Source: Macrostomum hystrix (taxonomy: Eukaryota > Animalia > Platyhelminthes). From it: a stretch of 64,000 nucleotides of DNA. Made by a program: the position numbers and the translations under genes. The number at the start of each line of letters is the position of its first letter. Position 1 is the stretch's first letter. The stretch spans positions 18,786,001 through 18,850,000 of the forward strand of contig CATNEN010000038.1 in the NCBI GenBank assembly GCA_950097015.1, written 5' to 3'. Below the pieces are notes generated by a model that saw only the letters and a program-made list of their open reading frames with translations, did no database searches and was not told the origin of the DNA. This document shows, piece by piece, positions 26,135-38,758 of this stretch.

Positions 26135-26830
26135 AAAATAGAGAGAGAATGCCAGGCTTCGACCTTTCACTACACTCTGACACTGCTTCTAGCAGTGTTT
26201 GGTTGCTAAGATGGAGCATATGGGGAAGACTAGGGGAGGAGAGGTGAGGAGAGGCCGAGAGGTTTCCCGCCCCAAAGCCGCATAGCAACTGCTCCCCGGG
26301 GAGTCGAGAACAGCGTGGCAAGGGAAGAGATGTCGAGGAAGGAATCTGGGCAGAGGCCGCGCACCTAGTCCTCATCCCATTCGCTCTGCTCCATCCACAG
26401 GGATTCTTCCCTCATTCCGTTCGTGTCAACCGGCCCCGCCCCTCCTTCAACTCTGCTCCCATTCCTTGCTCCTACCGATTACCCACCCCAATCCCCTGAT
26501 AAGGGAAATTTATCGATCGAGAATATCGGTCTGAGAGATTTGAGACACTTTGAATGAAGCACTGCCCCCTGATGGGGAAGAGAGAGAGAGAGAAAGAGGA
26601 AGGGGAGATGAGGGGGAAAAACTACTTTTCCTGAACTATCCGAGATCCGCAACCAGCCAGAAGAGGTTTCGCAGTGCAAGCATCCGCGGCGGGAAGGGGA
26701 CGACCGTCCAGAGCATTCCCTCTCAGCCCAAGAGTTAGCAACCGCCTCAAATCCCTCCCTCGCTCCATCACAAAAAGCCACATAAGCCGGTGCACTGTCC
26801 CCTGACAAACTGTGCTGCCTCCTTGTTGTC
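26135..26830 (-). ncRNA. Candidate structured non-coding RNA (unassigned), divergent from PHM
   Basis: GC-rich, non-coding-looking segment with several long-range complementary blocks (26141-52/26713-24, 26201-09/26735-43, 26211-34/26364-94) and an 8-bp hairpin at 26180-98. Mismatches read as G-U on the minus strand. Confidence 0.3.
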
Positions 26831-27147
26831 CTTCGCGTCCATTTCAGCCTCTGCTAGCTAGCTGTCTTCGTGTTCATCGAAAATTCAATTTTAACAAACG
26901 ACCTAAACGAGCCAACCGCGGCCTTCCAACTACTTACGAAGTGTCTGGTGAGTCTCATTGTACATTGTAGATACTGTAAGTACAGGGGTGGGAGGCTAAG
27001 GCTGTGTGCCAACTAAAAGCTTGCTATCTAAAGCAAACAGTCAAAGATTGATAACAAATGTAATTTAGCGCAAGGCTTTTTACAATGTTCAGTTAGTATT
27101 AACTTCAAACACCTGTTTCCTCCACCTGTTCTTCACAGGGGGGCAGC

Positions 27148-29350
27148 ATGACTTCCCGAACCTCAAACTGGTTAGGGGCGAGTATGCTGCTGCTGCTGCC
27201 GTTGCTGCTGACCGTTGTGGCGTCGGCGCCAGCGGCCGAGCATAACATGGACCTGCTGATGCCGGCTGTGTCCCCAAAAGAAGAGGACACCTACCTGTGC
27301 ACTGCCGTTCGACTGGACAAAGACCGTTACATTCGCGCCTTCAACCCGCAGCACAAGTCGGGCCACGCGCACCACATCATTGTGACCGCCTGCAAGGAGC
27401 CCGGCTTCGCCACCGAGAAAGTTTGGAACTGCGGCGAGATGCTGACCAAGTCCCAGGGAGCAGCCGGAAGCTCCTACAAGCTGGCCCCGCAATGCGCCAC
27501 TGACACCCGTATCATCTACGCCTACGCCATGGACGCTCCCGCGCTGACCCTGCCAGAGGGTGTCACCTTCGGTGTTGGTCCGAGCTTCGATTTGCCCTGG
27601 CTGGTCGTACAGGTGCACTATAAGCAGGTGAGCTTTAGTGTGAGTCTAGAACATTCGTCATTCGTCATTTGTTCATCGTTTCTTTCACCCGGTGCTTTGT
27701 AACTATCGCTCGCTGTTCATCGACTGTACCTGTGTTGGTTGGTTCGTTAGCTCACTCGCTCATAATTTAGTTAACTCGATAGTTTCTTTCGCTCGTACTC
27801 TTTCATGTTCGTTGGTTTGCTCGTACTTTAGTTAGTTCGTTTGTTCGCTCAAACTTTATTTATTTGGTTCGTTCGCTTGTACTTTAGCTTGTTCGCTCGT
27901 ACTTTAGTTTGTTCGCTCGTACTTTAGTTTTTTCGCTCGTACTTTAGCTTGTTCGCTCGTACTTTAGCTTGTTCGCTCGTACTTTAGCTTGTTCGCTCGT
28001 ACTTTAGTTTGTTCGCTCGTACTTTAGTTTGTTCGCTCGTACTTTTTTTTTGGTTGGTTCGCTTGTACTTTAGCTTGTTCGCTCGTACTTTAGTTTGTTC
28101 GCTCGTACTTTAGTTTGTTCGCTCGTACTTTAGTTTGTTCGCTCGTACTTTAGTTTGTTCGCTCGTACTTTAGCTTGTTCGCTCGTACTTTAGTTTGTTC
28201 GCTCGTACTTTAGTTTGTTCGCTCGTACTTTAGCTTGTTCGCTCGTACTTTAGCTTGTTCGCTCGTACTTTAGTTTGTTCGCTCGTACTTTATTTTTTTG
28301 GTTGGTTCGCTTGTACTTTAGCTTGTTCGCTTGTACTTTAGCTTGTTCGCTCGTACTTTAGTTTGTTCGCTCGTACTTTAGTTTGTTCGCTCGTACTTTA
28401 GCTTGTTCGCTCGTACTTTATTTTTTTGGTTGGTTCGCTCGTACTTTAGCTTGTTTGTTCGTTGTTTCGCCCATACCGTAGTTTGTTCGTTCATTTGCTC
28501 GTACTTTATTTTGTTCACTCGATCGCTTATACAATAGTTAGTTTGTTTGTTCGCTCGTTGGATCGTACTTTTGCTTGCTCATTTATTCGTTCGCTCTGTT
28601 CATAAGTTCAAAAACGAAAAAAAAATCCGCATCATATTTTAGGCAGCAGATTTCGTCAAGAATCCCAGCCTCACAGACAGCTCCGGAGTGAAGCTGACCT
28701 ACCAGACGACTCCGTCGCCGAAGCTGGGTGGTGTGCACATCTCCCTGACTGACGGCGTGATCCCGGCCCACTCGGTTACGTATATGGAGACCAGCTGCGG
28801 CTACAACGGCCAGGCTACGCTGCACCCGTTCGCTTTCCGCACGCACACGCACGGCCTCGGTCGCGTTGTCAGCGGCTACCGGGTTCGCCGCGGTCACTGG
28901 AGTCTGATCGGAACTGGCAATCCGCAGCAGCCGCAGATGTTTTACCCGGTCAACGGCACCGGCGCCATCCGGCCTGGCGACATGCTGGCAGCCAAGTGCG
29001 TCATGGAGAACACCGGCGACAAGGACGTCAGCATCGGGGCCACGCAGAAGGACGAGATGTGCAACTTCTACATGATGTACTGGATCGCAGCCGCCGATGT
29101 AGGCAAGGACGGAGATCACATGTGTTACAACAGCGGCGAACTGTGGGACCTGGCTCCGGCCGAGATTGCCGCCGCGTCCTCCACCATTCCCGGCACTGGC
29201 CAGATGCTGCGCGAGATTAACCGCGAGATGGACCGCATGGACCGCATGATGGAACAGATGCTGGGCCCCGAGCTTGGCATGCCGCAGGATGTGGAAGACG
29301 AGGCTGGAGAGTTCTATGATAGCGAACCGGAGGGTGCAGCAACCTACTGA
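27148..29350 (+). CDS. PHM: Peptidylglycine alpha-hydroxylating monooxygenase (monofunctional, secreted)
   Basis: Exons 27148-27627 and 28643-29350 (phase 0), 395 aa. Signal peptide; copper ligands AHHII, QVHY, RTHTHGLG and DEMCNFY; DTYLCT and YAMDAPALTLPEGVTF motifs. No PAL or TM domain. Confidence 0.93.
27830..28450. repeat. 20-bp minisatellite (GTTCGCTCGTACTTTAGCTT), PHM intron
   Basis: Tandem units. Confidence 0.9.
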
Positions 29351-29874
29351 ACATACCCGCTAGCAAGAACCGATTTCGAATGAGGCAGTCTCGATGCTTC
29401 ACAAGTTATTTTCTCTTACGAGATTTTTCTCCAATTAATTTTCTTCCTCTGTTGACAACACTGAATTAAGGCAGAGAAATATCAGCAGCTGTGGAACAAA
29501 TATTTAAAACCATTTTAACGGACAGACTATTTGTTTTATTTTTGCCTCTGTCTAAGGCATTTCCACCTTCAATGGTTGAGCCAGTGTTCCTGAGTGGTCT
29601 GAGTTCACAGAGGACCGCCAGTGATTAAAATAAACTGCCTTGTTTTCCTCTTTTTCTGAACATGCTTCGAGCTCGATTGGAGTGAAAAATAAATTCAGAT
29701 ATAATAATGAGCTGACTCGCACCACTGGCAGGCAATTTAACTGGCTGATAAAGCCTCGATGTGTTTTAAATTTTTTTTAATATTTGTCACACTTTTCGGA
29801 AAGCAAAGCCTTGCTAACACTTGAGAACGGACTCACAGACAGTCACACGGATACTGTACCCAGGCACACACTCA

Positions 29875-30174
29875 AATGGATTACACCTGCCACAATGGGG
29901 TCAGATGTGCAGCCAACAGCACAGTAACAGTCACAGCACATTGCGCGGCGCATCTGCAGGTTGCGTACGATTGTTCAGTCCATGGACTGGGGGACGCCAC
30001 ACCCACCCTCAATTACCCCAGCTGATGCTGGTACCAGTTTAACAACTGGGCGAACTGAAGCAATGCAGAGTTAAGTGTCTTGGTAGGGAACACAAATTGT
30101 TCCAGTGTAGACGGGCATCGAACCCTCGACCTTTAAGTCGTGAGTCCGATGCCGCGACCACTAGGCGACAACCC
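29875..30174 (-). mobile_element. SINE family A, full-length copy
   Basis: Reverse complement GGGTTGTCGCCTAGTGGTCGCGGCATCGGACTCACGACTTAAAGGTCGAGGGTTCGATGCCC...CAAGACACTTAACTCTGCATTGCTTCAG...GGCAGGTGTAATC aligns to 16986-17285. Confidence 0.85.
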
Positions 30175-30303
30175 TTATATATGTAAATTTAATTCACACA
30201 GCAATTGAGCAATAATTTGTAAATTTTCATATCTTTACGTCCATTAGAAAGTGATGCATGAAACGTAAAATGTAAAAGGCAATTCAAAGTGCATTGTTCG
30301 CAA

Positions 30304-33300
30304 CTAGATCACACTAACCGACTCGGCAGCACCGGATGGAGCTATTATTGCTGAAGTGTCGCGGTCGCCAGACTGGTTTTGAATTCGACTGTGAAATTAA
30401 TTTTTCAGTGGTTAAATAAACGATCGAATTAAAATTTGATAACAAAATTTTATTCGGCACAAAATCCAACCGTTTGCGAACCACGTATAGGACAAAGATA
30501 GCGGCGACCACAGTTGCCAGCACGGCTATCGCCGATGGCACCGCAATAGCCAAGATGTTCACGGAGCTGTCGTTGCCTGAATCATTGAATGCTTTCAACA
30601 GACGCTCGTCTGGCTGGCCCAGCAGCGTCTGGCTGATCGGAGTGACTCGCACAGTCAAATTGACCTTCAGCGACATCTGCCGCAACTCGGCCTTCAGCCA
30701 GTCACCGCTGTCGATTGGTTCAACGGCCAGCGATTGGAGATTCGAGCGGCAGTCAAGCGCGAGCTGGCCGATTATCTGCGAAGTCTGGCAGCCACTGAGC
30801 TGGCACGCGGCTGATGTCAGGTTGAGGATTAGTAGGCGTGAGCACTCTGAGCCCTGCTCAAAAACCTGCGGATTAAGGATTTGTCCAATGTTATCATTAT
30901 GACAGGTTATGATGCTGGAATTTAGTCCTAAGTCATTTAAGTAATTATCTAAGCAGCCCACCTGAATCGCGTACGCCATCAACAGTCCGTTGCTCGACTC
31001 CGGCTTCAAAAATTCCACTGTCGCTGATGCAGCTCGTGCGTCGACGCCCACCGTCAGGTTGCGAACCGGCCCGCTCCGAGTCTCGGGTGTTCGAAACTCG
31101 ATGGACCGGTTGAGGCCCGGCCCTGCTCGATTGACAGGCCAGACGCTGGCACTGAACAGAGTCCACGGACTTTGAGCTGCGAGGCTGGCGAAGTGCGCCG
31201 ACACTCGCGAGTCACCGATGTCGAACTCGCCACCTGCCTGAGCATCGGAGCAGCGACTTGTTAGCGACTCGAGGCCCGACCTGCCCTCGGGAGTCATCTG
31301 GTCGCGATAGCGCCGACAGTCTGAGCAGCTGACAAGCTGGGCGACCGCGCAGTCACTCTGAGGTGGCGCACTGAGCTGCACCACGAACATGAACACAACT
31401 CCCCGACCCTCGCTGAGACTCACTGATTGCCAGTCGAGCTGAACACTCCCGTCTGAGTCTATCTGCTTAAGGCTGCTAACGGCGCAAGATAGTCCATCGT
31501 CCACCAGGAGCTCAGCCCTGTCACTGTTAGCGCCACAGCCGGCGTCAGTGCATGCCGACACGCGGCAGAAGTACTCACGACCCGGCAGCAGCGGCTGTGG
31601 CAGCTCCAACCCGGTCTGACTGACGTCGGTGATTTCCATGGAGCCAGATGGTAACTCACTACCGCTTTGAAAGTCCAGTGTGCCCCAGACGATGGTGTAT
31701 TTTCTGATCACTCCATTCGGTTCCGCCGGGGGCAGCCACTCGGTCATGGCCCTGTCCGACTGGGTCGAAAGTCGCAGAGTCACATTCTGCGGCTGCGACG
31801 GCACGTCCTCCAGAGTGCGGACTGATGCTCGACTGGTGGAAGTTTGCGAGTTGAGAACCAAGCTTAGAAATCATGAGTGCCAGAGCGGTCTTACGCGTTT
31901 GCTTCTCGCGTCAAGGTCACTGAACACGACTTTGCGGCAACGCCGCAGTAATTTGGGGCGGAGAGAAGCCTTGGCGGCTTGTCGTGCTATTTATGTGTCT
32001 GCGTACAGTACCTATGTGCGTGTATGCTTATTCTTAGAATTCATTCTGAAGTCTCACCGTGGGAGCGATTTCACGGCCTGGAACTCGGCGAACGCGTCCA
32101 ACCTGTACTCCGTGAACGGCACCAGCGACTGGAAGCTGACTGTGCAGCTGGAGCCGCCATTCTGCGGACTGCAACGCAACTGCAACGGCGCGCCATCGCC
32201 GGAGACAGTCGCGAGTAGAACACCCGAGCTGGACGTCGCAGTCAGGGTAGCTTGGACAGCTCGCTTGCTAGCGGTCAGCCTCACCAACGGCATGTCGGGA
32301 GCTAATTAAAATTTAGTAATTCACGAGCATAACTTGCAGGGCGCATTGACAAAGTTAATTGACGAGCTCACTCACGGGTAACTAGGTGCTCAAAGATGAC
32401 ATATTCGCGGCTGTAGCGAACCAAGTTGAAACTGTTAGCCTTTGACTTCACTGATAGTCGGAGTCGTTGAGAGAACAATAGCGAGCTGTTGATGCTCAAC
32501 TCATTGTCGAATGTGGCGCTGATCTGGGTGATGTTGAGTCCAGCATCTAGCTCCGATGCGACCGTGGCAATTAGCTTGTCATATTGTCCGATGGCGCTAT
32601 AGGTCCAGTTTAATTTCAGATTTAAAACTGACGAGCTATCAATCAATTGAGCATAGTTGAGTAGCACTGTGTAGTCTGCTGGGTTGTCGCTGATAGATGG
32701 CACTGAAAGTACAGTGAGACAAACTCTAGACTCTAAAAAGGAAGGAAGGAAGGAAGGAAGGAAGGAAGGAAGGAATGAAGGAAGGAAGGAAGGAATGAAG
32801 GAAGGAAGGAAGGAATGAATGAAGGAAGGAATGAAGGAAGAAAGGAAGGAAGGAATGAAGGAAGGAAGGAATGAAGGAAGGAAGGAAGGAAGAAAGGAAG
32901 GAAGGAAGGAAGGAAGGAAGGAAGGAAGGAAGGAAGGAAGGAAGGAAGGAAGGAATGAAGGAAGGAAGGAAGGAAGGAAGGAAGGAAGGAAGGAAGGAAG
33001 GAAGGGAGGAAGGAAGGAAGGAAGGAAGGAAGGAAGGAAGGAATGAAGGAAGGAAGGAAGGAAGGAAGGAAGGAAGGAAGGAAGGAAGGAAGGAAGGAAG
33101 GAAGGAAGGAAGGAAGGAAGGAAGAAAGGAAGGAAGGAAAGAAGGAAGGAAGGAAGGAATGAAGTAAGGAAGGAAGGAAGGAAGGAAGGAAGGAAGGAAG
33201 GAAGGAAGGAATGAAGTAAGGAAGGAAGGAAGGAAGGAAGGAAGGAAGGAAGGAAGGAAGGAAGGAAGGAAGGAAGGAAGGAAGGAAGGAAGGAAGGAAG

Positions 33301-34921
33301 GAAGGAAGAAAGGAAGGAAGGAAGGAAGGAAGGAAGGAAGGAAGGAAGGAAGGAAGGAAGGAAGGAATGAAGGAAGGAAGGAAGGAAGGAAGGAATGAAG
33401 GAAGGAAGGAAGGAAGGAAGGAAGGAAGGAAGGAAGGAAGGAAGGAAGGAAGGAAGGAAGGAAGGAAGGAAGGAAGGAATGAAGGAAGGAAGGAAGGAAG
33501 GAAGGAAGGAAGGAAGGAAGGGAGGAAGGAAGGAAGGGAGGAAGGAAGGAAGGAAGGAATGAAGGAAGGAAGGAAGGAAGGAAGGAATGAAGGAAGGAAG
33601 GAAGGAAGGAAGGAAGGAAGGAAGGAAGGAAGGAAGGAAGGAATGAATGAATGAATGAATGAAGATGATAAATCATGACTTACAAGTCATTCTAAGTTGC
33701 AGTTTTGTGCTGGAACTGGGAAATTCATCCTTCAACACTGTTAGTGTTAGTTCGTACGGATCGCCAGATCCCAGGTCATTGCAAGTGGCCCATTGGTTTT
33801 CTGTGACAACGTCATAGGAAGTACCAGATCCGGGATAGCGGCAAGTCAGCTTGTAGGTCACATTGGCTGTGGCTGATGCGGTCCAACGTACAGTGATAGA
33901 CTTATCGGTCTCCGAGTACAGGGCAGAGCTGGCACTGACAGCATTTGGCTCTGCAGATTTAGATTTTTGGTAAATATGAGCTGGGTTGAGTGTTGAAATA
34001 CTTTGCTGATCGAATCGAATGAAAACAGTAGAAACTAGTAAATTATTTATTTACTGATGCCCCCGAAGAGGAAAACTAACCCACAAAAATAGCCCAATTC
34101 AGCAACCAGTTACGAAGGGGATAAGTCGCAGAGCGATCACCAAGGTCCCTGAGCTCGATTCCACGGCGAGGCCACATTTATTTGGGGCGCAGCCGCGGAG
34201 AGAAGGCTTGGGGGCTTGTCGTGCAATTTACGCCCTTGAGGGCCAACCTCCAAGGCACAGTGAGAGTGTACACTGCCTGGCGATGAGAAAGTCAGGGCAG
34301 ATGTACACAGCTGTGTGCGCGTGTGCCTGCGTACAGTATCTGTGTGGGTGTGTGCTCAGGAGTCAGCGAAATGGGCAGAATTGCCTCCTCGCTGGCTGTT
34401 GGTCTTGAGTCACCAAATAATGTGCCGTTGCACGGAGCCCTCGTGCAATTATTCGTATTATTATTATATTCTAAATTATCCCTACATTCACTATCCATTT
34501 GGTTAACCGTTCCCTTTCACACTGGAAAACCTCTTTGTCATGTGCTAATGGTTGCTAGGGACTCACGAGTCCTAGCAACCAGCTGGTAGGGTTCGCTCAA
34601 ATCGCAGTCGGTCGTGCCTGCCTGAATGTACACCGAGTACATTGAGGCAGGCGTCAAGCCGTCAAGCCTGTGATTGGTCAGTGTCGTGTTGACTGTCTCC
34701 AGACCGCAGTCGCTGCAGTTCACAATGTAAAAGTACATTTGTGGCAGGGCGCCACTCGGATAGGACGGTACCCAGTAAGGCTTGATGGCGTCTTCGTAGG
34801 TTGATGTGACGAAGGCTCGCTGGATTTGGTCCACCTGTTGAGTGCTGTTTTCGCCGCATTGCTTTGCAAGGCAGCCTATTAAGCAACACAGCCAGAGTGC
34901 AAGGCTTAATAGATTTAGCAT
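30304..34921 (-). CDS. Multi-FN3 type I membrane protein (RPTP/PTPRQ-ectodomain-like, short cytoplasmic tail)
   Basis: Exons 34921-34567 (signal MLNLLSLALWLCCLIGCLA; GLTPASMYSVYIQA), 33950-33684, 32702-32376, 32301-32058 (LVPFTEY), 31862-30962 (RTLEDVPSQPQNV, WLPPAEPNGVIRKY, LLPGREYFCRVSACT), 30865-30471 (TM ILAIAVPSAIAVLATVVAAIFVLYVV-RKR), 30388-30304. All phase-consistent; the 3' end is uncertain (possible donor near 30319). Confidence 0.8.
31878..32030 (+). mobile_element. SINE family B, degraded copy in FN3-gene intron
   Basis: GCGGTCTTACGCGTTTGCTTCTCGCG...ATTTGGGGCGGAGAGAAGCCTTGGCGGCTTGTCGTGC...TGCGTACAGTA matches family B with internal deletions. Confidence 0.65.
32740..33665. repeat. 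(GGAA)n microsatellite, intronic
   Basis: About 920 bp of GGAA with occasional GAAT. Confidence 0.97.
34125..34415 (+). mobile_element. SINE family B copy in FN3-gene intron
   Basis: Long near-identity with 9200-9338; carries the 3' hairpin GTGTACACTGCCTGGC-GATGAGAAA-GTCAGGGCAGATGTACAC and the GT-rich tail shared with the 61645 copy. Confidence 0.8.
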
Positions 34922-35829
34922 TCTAAAAAAAGGTTTGTTGAAAAAATTGTCTACTTTTTTATTAGCTGCGATAAATAATCTGTCGCGAGTGTTCTTATAC
35001 TAGAATATTATTGCACACACCTTATCACAGGTTCGCAGGTTCACATTTTTATCAGTGAATGGCTTCAAGTAAAGTACTTTGCTGGCTATGGTTACATTTT
35101 TTGGTTATCAAGCAAGTTCTTTCTAATTATTCTGGCTACTAGCTCCTAGATTTCAGTGCGTTTCTGAAATCTAAGAAATATATATTTCTTTCGTCAAAAC
35201 TACTTGCTAGTAGCGTAGCGTGCAAAGACTTTAAAACTTTTTTTGTAGCATGTAAAATTAGTGAAGTAACGACAAAAACTACGAAATTGAGGATGCAAGG
35301 AAGGGAGGAAAGAAAATTAAGAACCCTTTTTCCTTCCGATAAAGTCGTCACTAAAGCAAAGATTATTCGCTGTAAGATCTCATCAAGGGAGGGAAAAGTC
35401 AAGTTTCTATTCCCATAAACCCCACCTTTTAATCAATAGTCTCAAGACGCTGAGGACTGTTAAGCATTCTTAATTGGGATCAAATGCAACACGAATCGTC
35501 TTAATTTTCCTCTGTTAGCCGATTCACAAGACGTTTGTTGCCATGACAACTAGTTAGGGACACTTAAAAAGTCGGAGTTTGTATCTGAGCCCCTAGAAAA
35601 ATTGTCAGCAAGCCATGCTTCAACGATTCCCACCTGAGTAACTTCGCTTGGAAAGAGAAGAAAATGTTAGAATTGCATTCCACCAGACACAGCAGTCAGA
35701 GCCCCAATGACCTTCCTGACTGACAGCATGGTTCATACAATTCAGAATCATCGTTTAAACATAATATTGTGTCTAACTATTCTAATTATCTATCTTTATG
35801 TTAAGTCCAATCTTCCATCTCTATGTCTC

Positions 35830-37053
35830 ATCGACCACCTAAATGTCTAGTCTCATCTTCCATATCAATGTCTAGTCTCATATACTATATCTATGTCTTG
35901 TCTCATCTACCATATCAATGTCTAGTCTTATCTTCCATCTCAATGATGTCTAGTCTTATCTTCCATCTCAATGTCTAGTCTCATCTTCCATCTCAATGTC
36001 TAGTCTCATCTTCCATCTCAATGTCTAGTCTTATCTTCCATCTCAATGATGTCTAGTCTTATCTTCCATCTCAATGTCTAGTCTCATCTTCCATCTCAAT
36101 GTCTAGTCTTATCTTCCATCTCAATGTCTAGTCTCATCTTCCATCTCAATGTCTAGTCTCATCTTCCATCTCAATGTCTAGTCTTATCTTCCATCTCAAT
36201 GTCTAGTCTCATCTTCCATCTCTATGTCTAGTCTCATCTTCCATCTCAATGTCTAGTCTTATCTTCCATCTCAATGTCTAGTCTCATCTTCCATCTCTAT
36301 GTCTAGTCTCATCTTCCATCTCAATGTCTAGTCTCATCTTCCATCTCAATGTCTAGTCTTATCTTCCATCTCAATGTCTAGTCTCATCTTCCATCTCTAT
36401 GTCTAGTCTCATCTTCCATCTCAATGTCTAGTCTCATCTTCCATCTCTATGTCTAGTCTTATCTTCCATCTCAATGTCTAGTCTTATCTTCCATCTCAAT
36501 GTCTAGTCTCATCTTCCATCTCAATGTCTAGTCTTATCTTCCATCTCAATGTCTAGTCTCATCTTCCATCTCAATGTCTAGTCTCATCTTCCATCTCAAT
36601 GTCTAGTCTCATCTTCCATCTCAATGTCTAGTCTCATCTTCCATCTCAATGATGTCTAGTCTCATCTTCCATCTCAATGATGTCTAGTCTCATCTTCCAT
36701 CTCAATGTCTAGTCTCATCTTCCATCTCAATGTCTAGTCTCATCTTCCATCTCAATGTCTAGTCTCATCTTCCATCTCAATGTCTAGTCAAATCTTCCAT
36801 CTCTATGTCTAATCTTATCTTTCATCTTAATGTCTAGTGTCATCTTCCATCTCTATGTCTAATCTTATCTTTCATCTTAATGTCTAGTCTCATCTTCCAT
36901 CTCTATGTCTAGTCTCATCTTCCATCTCAATGTCTAGTCTTATCTTCCATCTCAATGTCTAGTCTCATCTTCCATCTCAATGTCTAGTCTTATCTTCCAT
37001 CTCAATGTCTAGTCTTATCTTCCATCTCAATGTCTAGTCTCATCTTCCATCTC
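35830..37053. repeat. 25-bp minisatellite (ATGTCTAGTCTCATCTTCCATCTCA)
   Basis: Tandem units. Confidence 0.95.
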
Positions 37054-37609
37054 CCAGTAGGCACGATAATCTTGTTTCGTTTATTTTTTTGCAAATAATA
37101 TGATTGTTAATCTCTATCTACCTTAGTCTAGATTTCGCGTCACTTTCATTAGCGAAATGTCGCAAAACAAAACACTTTGTTACAAGTTAACAAGTGACAG
37201 CATTATAATTAAAATTGAACCAAAAATTGGTAAAATCTTTGAGAATTGTTTAGCCGTGAAAAAATATTGCTGAATAATTTAGCAGTACGTGCCTTTTATA
37301 CTCGTACAATATATTACTTTAAACACTTACTCTTAAAGCATATGCATACAACAGTTTTACTGGCTCGTGTGTTTTCTGATCGCTACAAGGGGTCTGTCAA
37401 AGGCTGCTGTCAAAGTACCCCTTAATTCGTTGACATATTGATTGATGGATAAAACGGTCTTTAAACGTGTAGCATCGAAATAATTTGAGCTATTTACTAA
37501 TCTATGGATTTAGAGAAGTCTACAGGATTAAGGAAAATAGACGGAATGACAGAAAGTCAGTGCGATACAAAAACTGGCGAAATTTCAGAAAACTGATAGA
37601 AATTAGATA

Positions 37610-38650
37610 AATTGAGTGGGTTTTTGGAAATTTGTGGATTTTTGGAAATTGAGTGATTTGTGGGAAATTAAGTGGATTTTGGGAAATTGAGTGGATTTTG
37701 GGAAAATTATTTGGATTTTAGGAAATGTAGTAGATTTTAGGAAATTGAGTGGATTTTAGGTATTTGATTGGATTTCGGGATATTGAGTGGATTTTAGGAA
37801 ATTGAGTGGATTTTAGGAAATTGAGTGGATTTTAGGAAATTGAGTGCATTTTAGGAAATTGAGTGGATTTTAGGTATTTGATTGGATTTCGGGATATTGA
37901 GTGGATTTTAGGAAATTGAGTGGATTTTAGGAAATTGAGTGGATTTTAGGTATTTGATTGGATTTCGGGATATTGAGTGGATTTTGGGAAATTGAGTGGA
38001 TTTTGGAAATTTAGTGCATTTTGGAAAATTTAGTGGATTTTGGAAAAATTAGTTGGATTTTAGGAAATCGAGTGGATTTTAGAAAATTGGGTGGATTTAG
38101 GAAATTTAGTGGATTTTAGGTATTTGATTGGATTTCGGGACGAGTGGATTTTAGGAAATTGAGTGGATTTTGGGAAATTGAGTGGATTTTAGGAAAGTGA
38201 GTGGATTTTAGGAATGTGAGTGGATTTTGGGAAATTGAGTGGATTTTAGGAATGTGAGTGGATTTTTGGAAATTGAGTGGATTTTGGGAAATTGAGTGGA
38301 TTTTGGGAAATTGAGTGGATTTTAGGAAAGTGAGTGGATTTTAGGAATGTGAGTGGATTTTGGGAAATTGAGTGGATTTTAGGAATGTGAGTGGATTTTT
38401 GGAAATTGAGTGGATTTTGGGAAATTGAGTGGATTTTGGGAAATTGAGTGGATTTTAGGAAAGTGAGTGGATTTTAGGAATGTGAGTGGATTTTGGGAAA
38501 TTGAGTGGATTTTAGGAATGTGAGTGGATTTTTGGAAATTGAGTGGATTTTGGGAAATTGAGTGGATTTTGGGAAATTGAGTGGATTTTAGGAAAGTGAG
38601 TGGATTTTAGGAAATTAAGTGGATTTTGGGAAATTGAGTGGATTTTGCGG
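37610..38650. repeat. 19-bp minisatellite (AAATTGAGTGGATTTTAGG)
   Basis: Tandem units downstream of the GPCR stop. Confidence 0.93.
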
Positions 38651-38758
38651 GAAATCTCGGCTGGATACAGGATTTCAGGATTAAAAGTTTAAGGATTCGA
38701 AAAAATTCCGGGATTTAACCAAATCAGATCAGAGAAAAAACAAATTAATTAATTCCTG

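Noticed and set aside
26730-26745. Telomerase RNA template in the structured segment
   Set aside because: The minus strand reads CUAACUCUU, not CUAACCCU, so it would not template TTAGGG. No clear H/ACA domain was seen.
34031-34080. GAAACTAGTA...CTGATGCCCCCGAAGAGGAAAAC hammerhead-like words
   Set aside because: The core lacks the conserved A of CUGANGA, and stems I and II are not convincing.
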